From the NCBI GenBank assembly GCA_951406725.2, contig OX597831.1, positions 43,896,001-43,960,000 of the forward strand: a stretch of DNA of 64,000 nt, in the 5' to 3' direction. The stretch comes from Octopus vulgaris (taxonomy: Eukaryota). Position numbers and translations under genes: made by a program. Shown here piece by piece: positions 13,598 through 27,829 of the stretch. A model generated the notes under the pieces. The model was not told where the DNA came from, made no database searches, and worked only from the letters and a program-made list of their open reading frames with translations. Every line of letters starts with the position of its first letter. Within the stretch, counting starts at the first letter, position 1.

Positions 13598-14961
13598 ATA
13601 TATATATATATATATATATCCCAATGTATTTCAGTGACTAAACCTTGAACAGAGCTACATAGACTCATAACAAAATAAATGAAATTGGTTGCAAAGGCAA
13701 TTGCATGGTGTCTATAAAGCAGAAACGGACGTCGGATAGATTTAAATTAAATATGCTGTATATAATTGAAAAAAAGTTGTAAAAAGCAAAAAAAAAATAC
13801 AAATGTTATTATTCTCCGTATTCATCGTAATTTTCTAATATATTTATGTGTGTGTGTGTGTGTGTTCCACGCCAGTTCAATGAATGTAGCAAGAGTTCTT
13901 GGCTCTTGTTTATAAGATTCTGCAAACAAATTATTCGCTGATGCCAACCGATGATAAATTGTGATGTGTACGATGAAAAATGAGAGTCAAAACGATGACA
14001 AACATATTTCCTTCTTAATACGTTCCGGAAGTTTCCAACATGAAAACACTAATCGCTATTCTATTTTGTCATTAGAGAACAACTTCTCGTTTTACACATG
14101 ATGGTTTATATTCGTTGCAGCGGTCGGGATATAACGCCTGGCCTCGTATGTTTCCGTCATCAGAGGCACCCCCTGACATATTGGACATAGTATGACCTCC
14201 TACAATGATTAAGACAAAAGAACTTTCACATGGTTTATCTTCAGTCACAGCGATCCAGAATTGGCTGAGGTGAGTAGTAACAGTACAATCCTCAGGTTTT
14301 ACATCACAGCACCCATTTGCTAGATTCAAAGAAAAGAACTGAGATCCATCACTTATTATGTCATTATAGCGCAGTTGTCACATCTGTTGCTTTTGATCTT
14401 TAAGAAGTGCTGCTAGTGTCTGAGAAGTGGGCATTCTTAGACAGGATTTGAATTCCACCCACAACCCCACCACCACCGCCACCACCGCCATCGCCGCTGC
14501 CGCCGCCTTATATGAATATCAGTACGTACTGGTTCTAGTAATCATTTTACCGGTTATCATATAATGTGGCTAAGTTAAACTTCAGAAATAATACCTGTTT
14601 CATGAAATAATTATAATATCATTCTACGCGTTCCTGCGGTCTCTCAGTTTTGTCCGTGTGGACACTTACGCCAAGGGAGGAAATAACTCGAAGGAAGAAA
14701 TACATATAGTGCTCTAGCATGACCACAACCGCATAGTTGAAACGAGTAAAAAAATAATACATATTAATGCATATGTATATATATATATATATAGAATAGT
14801 GGTACAACAAGGCACCAATGTTTACTGGAAATAGCAGTCAATAATTTTACGATGCTATAGTAAAACACTTCAATGTATATATTCTGGCAAAGATGCGTGC
14901 GGGCAGCGAATATGAAAAAATCTCATCTAGAGAGAGGGAGAGAGAGAGAGAAAGAGAGAGG

Positions 14962-14998
<37 letters not shown>

Positions 14999-15461
14999 GG
15001 GTATGAAGAGGAGACAAAGAGAGCTAGAAAAGAAAAGACGAGAGAAAGTGAGTGAGAAAGAGAAAGAGAAAGATATACGAAGATCTGCATTATTCCGGAT
15101 TTGCGTGATTCAAATTGTAGGCGATGTTGAAATGCTTGACACATTGAAACAGTGTCATGAAGATCTATAAATTTACGGATTAAAATATATTTCGACAATT
15201 AGATAAAAGTGAAATAATTTCGACATTTCGACAATTAGATAAAAGTGAAATAATCTAAGCGAATCGTCGTTGATATTATACTTTTATCTTTTACACGTTC
15301 CAGACCAAAGGCTGTGGCCATGCTGGAGCACCGCCATTGTTCTTTTTTTATCATTAGATTTAAATGCTTATCGATATTATGAGAGTAGAGATATACATGT
15401 GTTGGCAGAAGAAAAAGTAGATAGATAGATAGATAAATAGATAGATAGATAAATAGATAGG

Positions 15462-15511
<50 letters not shown>

Positions 15512-15936
15512 TGTTTCTTTATTAGCTACACAGGGCTGCACACAGACAGGACAAAATTACAAGGTAGAGCTTTTCTTTTGGGGGTAAAAGAAGGGGGTTT
15601 GGTTTTCGATCAAAAGGGATCGTAAATTGAAAGAAAGAGGACAAAAAAAGGGGGGGATAAAATAAAATTAAAAAAAAAAAAGGGAGGTGAGGAAAAAAAA
15701 AGGGGAAGGAAAAAAAATTGATCAATAGGGATCGTTATCACAGAAATGTCAATATGAAGTGTAAAGGGGAGGACAGGTGAGGCTTACCCGTGGAAAGAAA
15801 AGCCTACGGAAAAGACCACGGTAACCTCGGTCAATGAAGTCACATGTTATATTTCTTTTTTTTTTGCAAATAAGCAACTCTCTGTATTAATTTTTACGGT
15901 TCATAGAATCATAGTCAAGGTGGCTTCGTCATTCAT
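15512..15936 (-). mobile_element. Probable LINE 3' end inserted in (GATA)n
   Basis: Non-repetitive block with (GATA)n on both sides; minus strand ends AATAAAGAAAC then (ATCT)n. Confidence 0.5.
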
Positions 15937-16439
15937 AGATAGATAGATAGGTAGATAGGGGAGTCTACAAATATATCAAGAGATATGCAGATAGAGAGAT
16001 ATGTTAAGTGATATACAAATAGATATATAGATGAACTGAAACGAAATGAAAATAAATCTCAATTGGTAAATAACTTGGACTGAGCTTTGGTAGTGGTTGG
16101 ACAGCGAAAAGCGTAGTTTTTTTTTTAATACATGAACAAATTTTTACCTTTTTAATTAATATTTTATTTCTTTAAACTATAAAACACATCATACCTGTCA
16201 AACATATTAAAAGATGGAAAATAAGCGCAAAATCTTCTAAGTTCATTTCAATTATATTTAAAAGTATATATTTTGCTTAAATGGCAGGATTTCGAAAGAA
16301 TTCTTTAAAATTCTGTACGTTAAATATATAAATAAATGATATTTTGAAATATGCCGACTTACACCACGGAATGTCCACGGGTCCCGCTAGTTAAAAATAA
16401 TTCATCAGAAATATACTTGTGAATGGCAGGTGGTATATG

Positions 16440-16560
16440 TAGGAGTGGCTGTGTGGTAAGTAGCTTGCTTACCAACCACATGGTTCCGGGTTCAGTCCCG
16501 ACCAAAGCCTTGTCAGTGGATTTGGTAGGCGGAAACTGAAAGATGCCCGTCGTATATATG

Positions 16561-16616
<56 letters not shown>

Positions 16617-16890
16617 GTGTGTGTGCGTGCGTGCGTGCGTGTGTGCGTGTGTGTGTGTGTGTTTGTGTGTGTGTGTGAGTATGTGTATGTTTGTGTGTCT
16701 GTGGTTGTCCCCACCCTCCCTCCAACCGATGCTGGTGTGTTTACGTCCCCGTAACTTAGCGGTTCGACAAAATAGACCGATAGAATAAGTACCAGGCTTA
16801 CAAGGAATAAGTCCTGGGGGGGGGGCGATTTGCTCGACTACAGGCGGTGCTCCAGCATGGCCGCAGTCAAATGACTGAAACACGTAAATG
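16440..16890 (+). mobile_element. SINE family B copy with internal deletion
   Basis: aggagtggctgtgtggtaagtagcttgct...ggttcagtccc, internal (TA)(TG) tract and tail. Confidence 0.85.
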
Positions 16891-17053
16891 AGTAATAGAG
16901 TATATACGATCAATTCTGGGGGTGTAGTTGCCAGGTAAGTGGTTTGATCCGAGCCCGTGTGTTCACACTAAAGCAATTAGCGTCGAAACACACTGTAGCC
17001 ATTCAAATCACACGCAGTTTTAACTTCACTTAATCATTTAGTATTTGGTATCA

Positions 17054-17439
17054 TGTGGAGGCGCAATGGCCCAGTGGTTAGGGCAGCGGACTTGCGGTCG
17101 TAGGATCGCGGTTTCGATTCCCAGACCGGGCGTTGTGAATGTTTATTGAGCGAAAACACATAAGAGCTCCACGAGGCTCCGGCAGGGATGGTGGTGATCC
17201 CTGCTGTACTCTTTCACCACAACTTTCTCTCACTCTTACTTCCTGTTTCTGTTGTACCTGTATTTCAAAGGGCTGGCCTTGTCACTCTCTGTGTCACGCT
17301 GAATATCCCCGAGAACTACGTTAAGGGTACACGTGTCTGTGGAGTGCTCAGCCACTTACACGTTAATTTCACGAGCAGGCTGTTCCGTTGATCGGATCAA
17401 CCGGAACCCTCGTCGTCGTAACCGACGGAGTGCTTCCAA
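17054..17439 (+). mobile_element. tRNA-derived SINE family A, full length with TSD
   Basis: A box tggcccagtgg, B box ggtttcgattccc; 11-bp TSD atttggtatca at 17043 and 17440. Confidence 0.9.
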
Positions 17440-18578
17440 ATTTGGTATCAAAATTTCTGTATCAATGTTTGCGTGAAATCTACAGTCTTCATGTTTTTTG
17501 AATGGCTTATATGTATCTTCGACGCTGTAATCGTATAAGATTACTCGAAATACAGCATCGCATCGTTTTGAGCTGGTATAGTTATTTTTAGTTAACTTCT
17601 TATCATCCATTTCAATATTATTTCAAGATAATATGATTAAAAGATTAGCACGACTGTTCTGTTAAATAAAAAAACATAATATTTTACATTCGCTAAACTA
17701 CACTTCACATGGACCGTGTTTAATCTTTCTCCACCTATTTCTCCTTTACTGCTCCTCCTTCTCCTCCTAAACATCTTTCTTTCTCTTCCAAACAGGTATT
17801 CCTAATAAGGATAGTAATTAACTTGGCATCTAGTTTGTTGGTGTTAGAGTGTCGAATTAACATCATTGCTATTTATTGACGATAATCACACATGCAAATA
17901 TTTTTATACGTGAAGTGACTTATATAATTTTTGTTAATGAATTTGTTACCGGGCGCCGAAAACGTTGTTGTTCCATCGTCTGATCCGGAGAGGACAACAA
18001 TTACTGAATGCACTAATAGAAACTCTTCTCCAGAATTACCGAGTTTGAAACCCAGAATTACAAACTTAAAAAGACTTTGTGATATTTTCTGATATATTCT
18101 CAACACATATTTAAACATATTTTTGGAATAACGAGAAAAAGATTAAAATGAAAAAATATGTATAAAGAGTATTTTTATTTTAAGCTTGAATTTGCTGCCA
18201 AGTTTGAGGGTAACAGTTCTGAATAATAACATAGGTGAAAGAAAAAATTAAATGTTTAGCGTATGGCTCCTCTCTTATCTAACTCCGCTACGAAACTAGA
18301 GCTACGAACTTAATTAATTCACAACTATAGCCCATAATCAATGGGAATTTACCGAAATACTGTGAGACAGGTAGAGAGAGAGAGAGGGAGTGAGAAGAAG
18401 AAGAAGAAGAAGAAGAGAGAGAGAGAGGGAGAGGGAGAGAGAGAGAGAGAAGGGGATAGAAAGTGAGCGAGCATGAAATACGCCATTTTTTGCTGTTAGC
18501 AGAAGCTGCTGTATGAATCAGGCTGAGGGTTGAGTGTGCGTGTATATATGCATATTGAGTTGTTTGTGTATACATACA

Positions 18579-18640
<62 letters not shown>

Positions 18641-18716
18641 TATATACACGTATGCACATGTATATATGTGTGTATGTATAATGCATGTAACAATAGTAGT
18701 AGTAGTAGTAGTAGTT

Positions 18717-18779
<63 letters not shown>

Positions 18780-19349
18780 ATAGTAGTAGTTTGAATATGT
18801 AGCTATTTCAGCATTTTCTTCTCCGTTCATGTTCTGAGGGTTAAAATTATACCTTAAATTAAAGTTGACGTATTTGTTACTAGCTCTCTTTCTTCCCCTT
18901 TTCCTTTCACACACACACACACACACACACGTATGTATGTATGTATGTATGTATGTATGTATGTATGTATGTATATGTAAAGCTGTTATAGACTCGGTTT
19001 ATCAAAGTTGAATAAAATCACACGTTGTTGAAAAATAAATGGATGTCAATTAAAGAATGTAGAAATGAATTAAGTTGGCGAACAAAGCAGCAGCATGTAA
19101 GTAATAATAATAATGACAGTGTCAACATAGATGACAGCCATATTACTGAGGCTAATAGCCCTTTCACTGTTACCATAGTTAAGACTAATAAGAATAGAAG
19201 AAAAAGGAAATATAAACAAAAAAAGCCATCCTTCACATAGAATTATTCCTAAAAAGAAAAAAAAAACAAACTAAATTTGAGATTCGAAGTAAAAATGCTG
19301 ACAGGAAAAAAGGAGAAGCAAAAAGAAATGAAATTGATGATAGTAATAA

Positions 19350-19569
19350 TAATCCCTTTTTTACAAGAGATACAAGGCCTGAAATGTTAGGGGAGGGGGA
19401 CTAGTCTATTGCATCGACCCCAGTGTTTCACTGGTACTTAATTTATCGACCCCGAAAGGATGAAAGGCGAAGTCGACCTCGGCAGGATTTGAACTCAGAA
19501 CAGAAAGTCGGACGAAATGCCGCTAAGCATTTTGCACGGTGTGCTAACGATTCAGCCAGCTCACCGCCC

Positions 19570-19570
<1 letters not shown>
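19350..19570 (-). mobile_element. SINE family C copy
   Basis: tcgaccccgaaaggatgaaaggc.aagtcgacctcggcaggatttgaactcagaac core; further copies at 20340-20740, 59000-59680, 60190-60420 and 61520-62960. Confidence 0.8.
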
Positions 19571-19632
<62 letters not shown>

Positions 19633-19637
19633 TAATG

Positions 19638-19703
<66 letters not shown>

Positions 19704-19706
<3 letters not shown>

Positions 19707-20262
19707 TGCCCTGATGCAGTACCAGACAGTGGCTCTCATGGCTTCTGATCTTAACTGATTGGAAGTGTTATCATGGACATTGTTTTGTCTTGGTATTAAA
19801 GATGGGCTACAGCAAATATTCTGCTCAATACCACAGATTTGCTTGTCAGTTGTTTGACCTTAACTAGTTGAGCATGTCCCTTAGTGGCTGACGATATGTG
19901 CATCTCTCATCGCGAGCAAAAGTAGTTGTGGGAGCATCATAGCTATGTGTTGCAAGGAATTCTTTTGGGGTTTGAATAATTCACCTTTGAAAACATGGGT
20001 GTTTCGTTCAACATCCTTAAACAACCCTCATTCAGGGCCCTTTTGAGCGGGATGGGCTACTTGACTTGAAGAAAATTCTAACTGACCCCACCTGCAAAGT
20101 CATGCGCTTTTTATCTTGATATGAGATCACCATGTCGCGCACATATGGTTGTGACGTATGTGTCTGGTGTACCTTTATCAGACGTGTAGTCATGATGGGT
20201 ATACTGGGCTTCATATATTTTACCCCAGTATGACTTTGATGACATGCACTGCTCTCTCACTC
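19704..20262. mobile_element. Unclassified ~560-bp insertion inside an (AAT)n tract
   Basis: Complex sequence with long (AAT)n on both sides and no recognisable ORF. Confidence 0.45.
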
Positions 20263-20332
<70 letters not shown>

Positions 20333-20767
20333 GCTTCAAGGGCAACCATCTTGGGGGACGGGATGAGTCGATTACATCGACCCCAGTTTTCAACTGGAAC
20401 TTATTTTATCGACCCCGAAAGGATAAAAGGCAAAGTCGGTCCCGGTGGAATTTGAACTCAGAACGGAATGAGGGGTAAAATACCGCTGAGCTTTTCGTCC
20501 GGCACGCCAACGATTTTGTCAAGCCTTTCTATTATAAGCGCAAAAACTGAAATTTTGGGGAAGGGACTAGTCGATTACATCGACCCCAGTGTTTCACTTG
20601 TAGTTAATTTATCGATCCCGAAAGGATGAAAGGCAAAGTCGACCTCGGCAGGATTTGAACTCAGAACATGAAGACGAGCGTAATACTGCTAAGCATTTAT
20701 TTCCTCCAGCGCGTTAACGATTTTGCAGCTCGCCGCCTAAATAATAATAAATAAGATGATGATGATT

Positions 20768-20814
<47 letters not shown>

Positions 20815-22832
20815 AATAATGACTTCGAAAACAATCAAAGCTTTGCCAGAGAAATTACAATAGATCGCTCCATAGCGAAAAGCTAACAACATACTGTTTT
20901 GTAAGTTGTTGTTTTTTTTGGCAGTTGAGGGTGTGTTTTTATGAAGGTATAAATAAGATAATGAGTGAAAGAACCTGAAAAAAAAAAGAGAAAACCCAGA
21001 AGAAAGAACATGAAAAGTATAATGAATGTTTCATCAAATAAAAGATCCTTAGATCATAACACGAATGGAATTAAAAGTGGCGAAGAAACATTAAAAGAAG
21101 AAGTGACGTTGGAAATTGGTGGGAGTGAAGGAAAAGAAGAAAAAATGTATTGAGGGATAAAATTACCGAGTAGATTGTGAACAAATAATGAAAAACTAAT
21201 AATGAGTAAATAAAAATGAACGAAAAGTAAAAACTATATTACAATTTCTTTAATCCGCTTGTAAAGGAAATTGTAAATAAGTTGATAACAGGGTATGCTG
21301 TTTCTTCTAGATATCTTCTGGTATTTTTCAAGATGATTCCTACAAGATATGTGATTGAGTGGGACACCAGTGACGGTTGGAAATTATATAGCTAATCAAA
21401 CAAGAGAGAGACATATTAGTAAAAGTAGGTGTAATATAGCCGTATTTTCGTATCTCTATCTAATGTAAATGGAAATACAAATGAAATGAATTTCAGAGAA
21501 TTAGGAAAAGAAGGAAAGAAAATGCAATAAGATAAGATAAGATAAAATGGAAATTAATAATGTTACCGTGTGACTCTTTTTTTCTGTTCAGAACGAGCAT
21601 TAATTATGTGTGTTTATCATTAACGGCTACAATGGGACGGGCGGGTCAACGTATTATTATTTTAGCAGGTTGTATTACTTTGTTTTGTAATGTTAGTTCC
21701 TTTGTGACTTGAGTACAAAAGGTCCTATACATACATATTTACATAAACACACACACGTACTCGGACGCACACATAACACACACACACACACACACACATG
21801 CGTAGGCATACCTTAACTTAAGTCGTTTCGAGTTACGTTTTTTTTTCAACTTTACATCGATTTTTTAAAGAAATTAATGGAAAAACTAAACCTCAATTTA
21901 AGTCGATTTATTCAACTTTACGTCGGTTTTATATATGAAAGTATGAATTTTTAAAAATTCACCTAAAAGTCAACACTGGAGTGGAAAATCCCATGAAATA
22001 CATTTGAATATATGTACAAATTAACTATTAAAACAAATAAAGGCAATTAATTTTTTTTATGTACATAGTTAAAATACTTAAACTTATTTACATGGTTTTC
22101 GGGATCCATAGTTCCAGCTTTTCACCGCGAGGTGACGTAGCTCGGACCTGAAAATTTAAATGTGTGTCAGTGTTTACCGTGTTTAAATTTGTGCTTCTTT
22201 TTTGTTTTTCATACTCCATACACTTCGTGCCCCAAGGAAGCTCCCCTATTGTTAAATCTAGCCCTGGTTGTCCAAAGTGCTAAGCTATTTCTTTGCAAGA
22301 TAATAAGTTGGCAATGACCAAACGCTATGGAAATGTTAAAAAGACGGTAGCGATAACGCGTGCGTCTGGCTTAAGTCGGTCGTCGGTAACTGCCATTATT
22401 CATGATAAGCAAAGCATTTTAACTCTTTCTCGAGATATTACCCTAGAGATGAAAAGCCAAGAAAGCTGGTAAAAATGGAACGGCTTTCTGTCCTTTGGTC
22501 TGAACGGCAGACTCGTCAGCATATCACCGTGAGCTAGTTGATAAATCAAGAGAAATGCTTTCATTGTACAATAACCCCAACAAAACAAAAACAAAACAAA
22601 ACAAGAAAAAACTGGCACTCCGTTGGTTCCAGTTGATCTGATCAACGGAACAGCTTGTTCGTGAAATAAACTTATAAATGCCTGAGCACTTCACAGACAC
22701 GCTCACCCTTTTAAATAGTCCTCAGGGAGATTCAGTGTGACACAACATGTGACAAAGATGGCTCTTAGGAATACAAGTCTTACTCATTTAATCTGCTAAG
22801 TGTAACTGGAACAACGTGAAATAAAGCATCTT

Positions 22833-23430
22833 TCTTATTTCTTTACTACCTACAAGGGGCTAAACACAGAGAGGACAAACAAGGACAGACAAACGGATTA
22901 AGTCGATTATATCGACCTCAGTGCGTAACTGGTACTTATTTAATCGACCCCGAAAGGACGAAAGGCAAAGTCGTCCGCGGTGGAATTTGAACTCAGAACG
23001 TAGTGGCAGACGAAATACCTATTTCTTTACTGCCCACAAGGGGCTAAACACAGTGGGGGGACAAACAAGGACAGACAAACGGATTAAGTCGATTATATCG
23101 ACTCCAGTGCGTAACTGGCTCTTAATTTATCGACCCTGAAAGGATGAAAAGCAAAGTCGACCTCGGTGGAATTTGAACTCAGAACGTAGTGGCAGACGAA
23201 ATACCTATTTCTTTACTGCCCACAAGGGGCTAAACACAGGGGGGGGGGACAAACAAGGACAGACAAACGGATTAAGTCGATTATATCGACTCCAGTGCGT
23301 AACTGGCTCTTAATTTATCGACCCTGAAAGGATGAAAAGTAAAGTCGACCTCGGTGGAATTTGAACTCAGACGAAATACCACTAAACATTTCGCCCGGCG
23401 TGCTAACGTTTCTGCCAGCTCGCCGCCTTA
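22833..23430 (-). mobile_element. Head-to-tail trimer of SINE family C (~185-bp units)
   Basis: Three near-identical units tttctttact.cc.acaaggggctaaacaca...gaatttgaactcaga. Confidence 0.85.
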
Positions 23431-23755
23431 ATAAATATAGCATCTTTCTGAATGTAACAAAGCGCCACCAGGCATCGGACTCACAACCTCGTGATCATGA
23501 GCGAAATGCCCCAAACCACTAAGCCGAGTGCCTTCACAACAATGATTTCAAGGCTGGTTCAGGATGGTCTTTAGGATTGAAGCAGCGACACAATTTTCAT
23601 AACGTTAAAGTGCATCGGCTGACGCAGTAGCAGTGACCGAGTTTCTTGCAATATTTGCGAAGATTATTGAAATCAATGTCTTTCTTCCCCAGCAAATTTT
23701 CAGTGAAGATAAGATCGAGCTTTTACTGGAAAAGGATGTCAGGCCGGTTATTCAT

Positions 23756-23914
23756 AGCTGAGGAGAAGTCTATAGATTGTCTGACTGTTATACTTATTTC
23801 AAGTTTTGACCCAAGGCTAGCAAGTACGTGAAGGAGCTGAGGAGAAGTCTATAGATTGTCTGACTGTTATACTTATTTCAAGTTTTGACCCAAGGCTAGC
23901 AAGTACGGGAAGGA
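23756..23914. repeat. 79-bp direct tandem duplication
   Basis: agctgaggagaagtctatagattgtc... at 23756 and 23835. Confidence 0.9.
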
Positions 23915-25103
23915 GATAAGCCGGTGACGTCGACCCTAATGTTAAAATGGTGCTTATTTTATCGACTACGAACAGATGAAAGGCAAAGTCGACCTCGGCG
24001 GAATTTTAATTCGTGAACGTGAAAACGGATGAAATGCCGCTGAGCATTTTGCCCAACAATGTAATGATTTTGCCAGCCCACCGCTTTGTCTGATTCCTAT
24101 ATTGGCAGACGGTTGCTTTGGGGAGCTGCAAGTTAAAGCTTCTCTTTGTCAGAGCCGGCCCTAGGGTTGTTGGAGCTCCGAACAAGATAAACTTCGGCGT
24201 GTACAAGCTGACGGTCGTGGAAATTTCCTTTGTCTCTGTCACGCCCTCCTTGGCACCTCCTAGCACATGGCGCCCCGAGCGACTGCCCGAGTTTCCGGTA
24301 CCTTGGGCCGGTCCTGTTCTTAGTTTATCATATAGTAAATCCAAAAGCACTTAAGACCATCCCAAAATCATCACCCTCAGTTATATGAATGTCAAACACT
24401 AAGACTTGGGTGACTGGAAATTTTTTTGAATATTTTGGATAGAAGGTTGGCTCTGGGACTTGAACCCGCATCTCCTGTAGACATGGCAAGCGTTCTTCCA
24501 TTGTATCAAAGCAAACCTTAGAATTCCTCTATCCATTTTAGGAACCTTACTCTTAGCAGCGAGAATTGTTTGTTGTTGACGTCATAACAACTGACAAACT
24601 TTCAAGAGAACATAGAATAAGTCTTTCTTGGAACTGGTTCTCGAAGCATATATAAAGCTTTGGTTATATATTTAGACACTTACACATACATACACGTATA
24701 TATATATGTATCTATTATATAAAATCCGTTCTGTCTGTCTGTGTGTATGTCTTCTAAGATCTCGGGCATCCTCCATCCGATTGCACTCAAATTTGATATG
24801 TAGATACCGAAGGTATTAGGGCATGTATAAGTTTTGAAAAAATTACAAAAATTGATTCCAGGTGAGAATGCGATCGATAAAACCGTGGGAACGTGCATTT
24901 GTAAAATCGTTTTTCTTTGAATAGAAAAAAAGTATATTTTTATTTCTTCTTTTGCTGGTGTCTCAAATTTAGGTTAAATTAGTGTTTCTCAAAGTGGAGG
25001 CCTATGGGACGGTTGGACAAATTGTTTTGAGAAAATTTGGTCTAAATGTTTGACAACTCAGCAACGTCCAATGGACGGGGGGCGTTTTGCTCGTATATAT
25101 ATG

Positions 25104-25171
<68 letters not shown>

Positions 25172-25185
25172 CATACATAATACAT

Positions 25186-25224
<39 letters not shown>

Positions 25225-26516
25225 CAGGGTGTTCAAAAGGGATCTCTGCAGTGAATTTTTTCATCCTGTGCATGCGTAACTTGGCTATCACTGCATGGGC
25301 GGCCGGATGTCTGCCATTGTTCCTCAGTCATTGTGTACCCTTCAGCGTGTCGACTTGCTAACCATTGAAGAACTTACGTTTTTAGTTGAATGGGTATTTC
25401 GAGGTGGAAACAAATACACAGATACTGTTAAACAGAAGTTAAGTGAAACTTTTCCAAATACTGCTGTTCCACATCGTAACACTGCGCGGGATTTGATAAG
25501 AAAATTTAGAAACACAGGCTCAATTGAAGATGCAGGATGAAGCGGTAGGCCTACTGTTCTTTCAGACGAAACACTCTCCAATATTTCTGATAAACTGCTG
25601 GCAAGCCCGTGAAAGTCCTTCCGTAAATTGTCACAGAAAACGGAAATCAACCTAGTTAGTTCTCACACGGCAGTAAAAAAGAAATTAAATTTCTTTCCAT
25701 AGAAAGTGCTGGCCATTCAAGAATTGACGACTACGGATCATGCTAAAAGGCTTCATTATTGTCATTGGTTCCAAAACTTTGTTGCCGAAAAAGGCATAGA
25801 AGTGCTGTATGGGTGTTTTTACACCGATGAGGCTTGCTTTCATCTGTTGAGACACATAAATTCGCAAAACACAAGGTTATGGAGCACTGGGAATCCACAC
25901 GCGACGCATGAGCAACTTATGCATCCCGAAAAAGTTGGAGTACGTATAGCAATTTCGAGAAAGCGTATTGTGGGACCGATATTTTTGAAGGCACCATCGA
26001 CACCGAGAGATATTGCTCAAATATTGTCTATCCATTTGTAGGCTAACACACTGAAAGTGAAAATATTAATGTATACTTTCAGCAAGATGGAGCTACAGTA
26101 CATACTTCGCGCATCACCATGGCGCTACTTAAAGAGTTTTTCAGTGAACGGATTATTTCAAAGGGACGTTGGTCATCAAGATCACCTGATTTAACACCGC
26201 CAGGCATTTTTCTTTTCTGAGGAGCAAGTAAAGGATCAGCGTACAAAAATCGCCCGAAAACTGTTAATGAGCTAAAAGACTCAATCATAATCTGCACATG
26301 GTCCATACCGCGTCAGATTCTCTAAGATGTATCTCAAAACAAGTGTAGAAGAGTCAACCTGTGTATTGAAAATGAAGGACGACACTTTCAACACCTCTTA
26401 TAAAGTTTCTTAAAGTCTTGTCAAGTCTAATATATTCTTTTGTAGTCTTATACCATCTTATAAATATTTATTTTGCAATAAAATACTTACTGCGGAGAGA
26501 CTTTTTGAACACCCTG
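25225..26516 (+). mobile_element. Tc1/mariner-superfamily DNA transposon, full length but decayed
   Basis: TIRs cagggtgttcaaaa / ttttgaacaccctg; transposase motifs FYTDEACFHL, INSQNTRLWS, YFQQDGATVHT, WSSRSPDLTP with stops and frameshifts. Confidence 0.9.
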
Positions 26517-26902
26517 TGTGTGTGTGTGTGTGTGTATGTGTGTGTGCGTGTGGAGAGGGAGAGAAAGAGAGAGAGAGAGAGGGATTGAAACGGAAATATT
26601 AGTTTTAAGATACAACGGACCGGCGACATATCGAGCTGTGTTGTTTGAGTCTGTGATGCACAAGGCAGGCCATATGGTTCGGAAATAGGTCGCAAATAAC
26701 TTACGGTAGCCTGCGGCGACATTTGTATATCTCGGAAAATCTATTATGTCGGCCTGAATGCAAAGCACCACAAACAGCCAAGATATCGAAGTTCTTTATT
26801 GCTAAATTGCACTTGCTTGTTGTATTGTTTTTCTTTATTTTTTGCCTGCATTTATTATTTGAAGTTTTTACTTGAGTATTGATTTCTGTTTTTTTTTTTA
26901 TT

Positions 26903-27245
26903 TATTACCTCCGCCTTAGCGAAGGCAGAGGTATTGTTTTCTGTTGTGTTTATTTGTCCGTGGACAAGATATCTCAAGAATCACTGGATAGGCTCGGATG
27001 AAACTTTCAGGGATGTTTGGTCTTGTGACCAGCACGAGCTGATTAGATTTTGGGATGAATCCGATACTGAACAAGGATTCTGGAATATTATTCCTATTTT
27101 TTCACTTAAATTTTGAGAGCGTTTGGGTTCATTTTTTGTATTGCCGTTTGTGAGAGCAGTCGAGTTTATTTCAGATATTCTCATTTTAAGGATCATCTCT
27201 GGCTAATCGTTGAGAGGAGGTTTGCGCTCTGTGAGTGCTCTTGTT
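26903..27245 (+). mobile_element. Helentron-associated (HINE/DINE-1-like) non-autonomous element
   Basis: ttattacctccgcc...ggcagaggt hairpin start and ggaggtttgcgctctgtgagtgct end, in T-rich flanks; family call is from recalled architecture. Confidence 0.55.
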
Positions 27246-27789
27246 GATTTTATTCTATAGTTTTTATTTTTGGTAGGGGGATGGGGATGGGGTTCTGTAT
27301 GGTGTTATTGTACGATATATAATAGAAAACTATATATCACAGAAAACTAATATATATACAAATTATTACTTGTTTCAGTCATTAGACTGCGGCCATACTG
27401 GGGCACTACTTTGAAGAAATTTAGGCTTTTTTTTTAAAGCTTGGCACTTAGTCTATCGGTGACTTTTGCCGAACTGTTAAGATACGGGGATGCAAACTCG
27501 TAAACACCGGTTGTCAAACGGTGATGGGGGTCAAACACAGACAGAAAAACACGCACACACGCGCGCGCGCATTTCTGTCAGTGTTTTCGTTTATCAGATT
27601 CACTCACAAGGCCCGAAACTATAGTAACAGACACACACCCACGGTACCACACAGTGGGACTGAGCCCGGAATCATGTGGGTGGGAAGCAAGATTCTCACT
27701 ACACAGTCACGCCTAGCTGATCAAAGCCTTGTGAGTGGATTTGGTAGAAACTGAAAGAAGCCTGTAATATATACCAGCGCGCGTGTTCC

Positions 27790-27829
<40 letters not shown>

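Noticed and set aside
14072-14329. 85-aa Cys-containing ORF
   Set aside because: No recognisable domain or splice context; length compatible with chance
17057-17135. Functional tRNA genes at SINE heads (also 43412, 47792, 59880)
   Set aside because: No proper acceptor stem; heads continue into SINE bodies, several with TSDs
21800-22400. Possible pogo/Tigger remnant
   Set aside because: Only vague terminal similarity; no transposase motif confirmed
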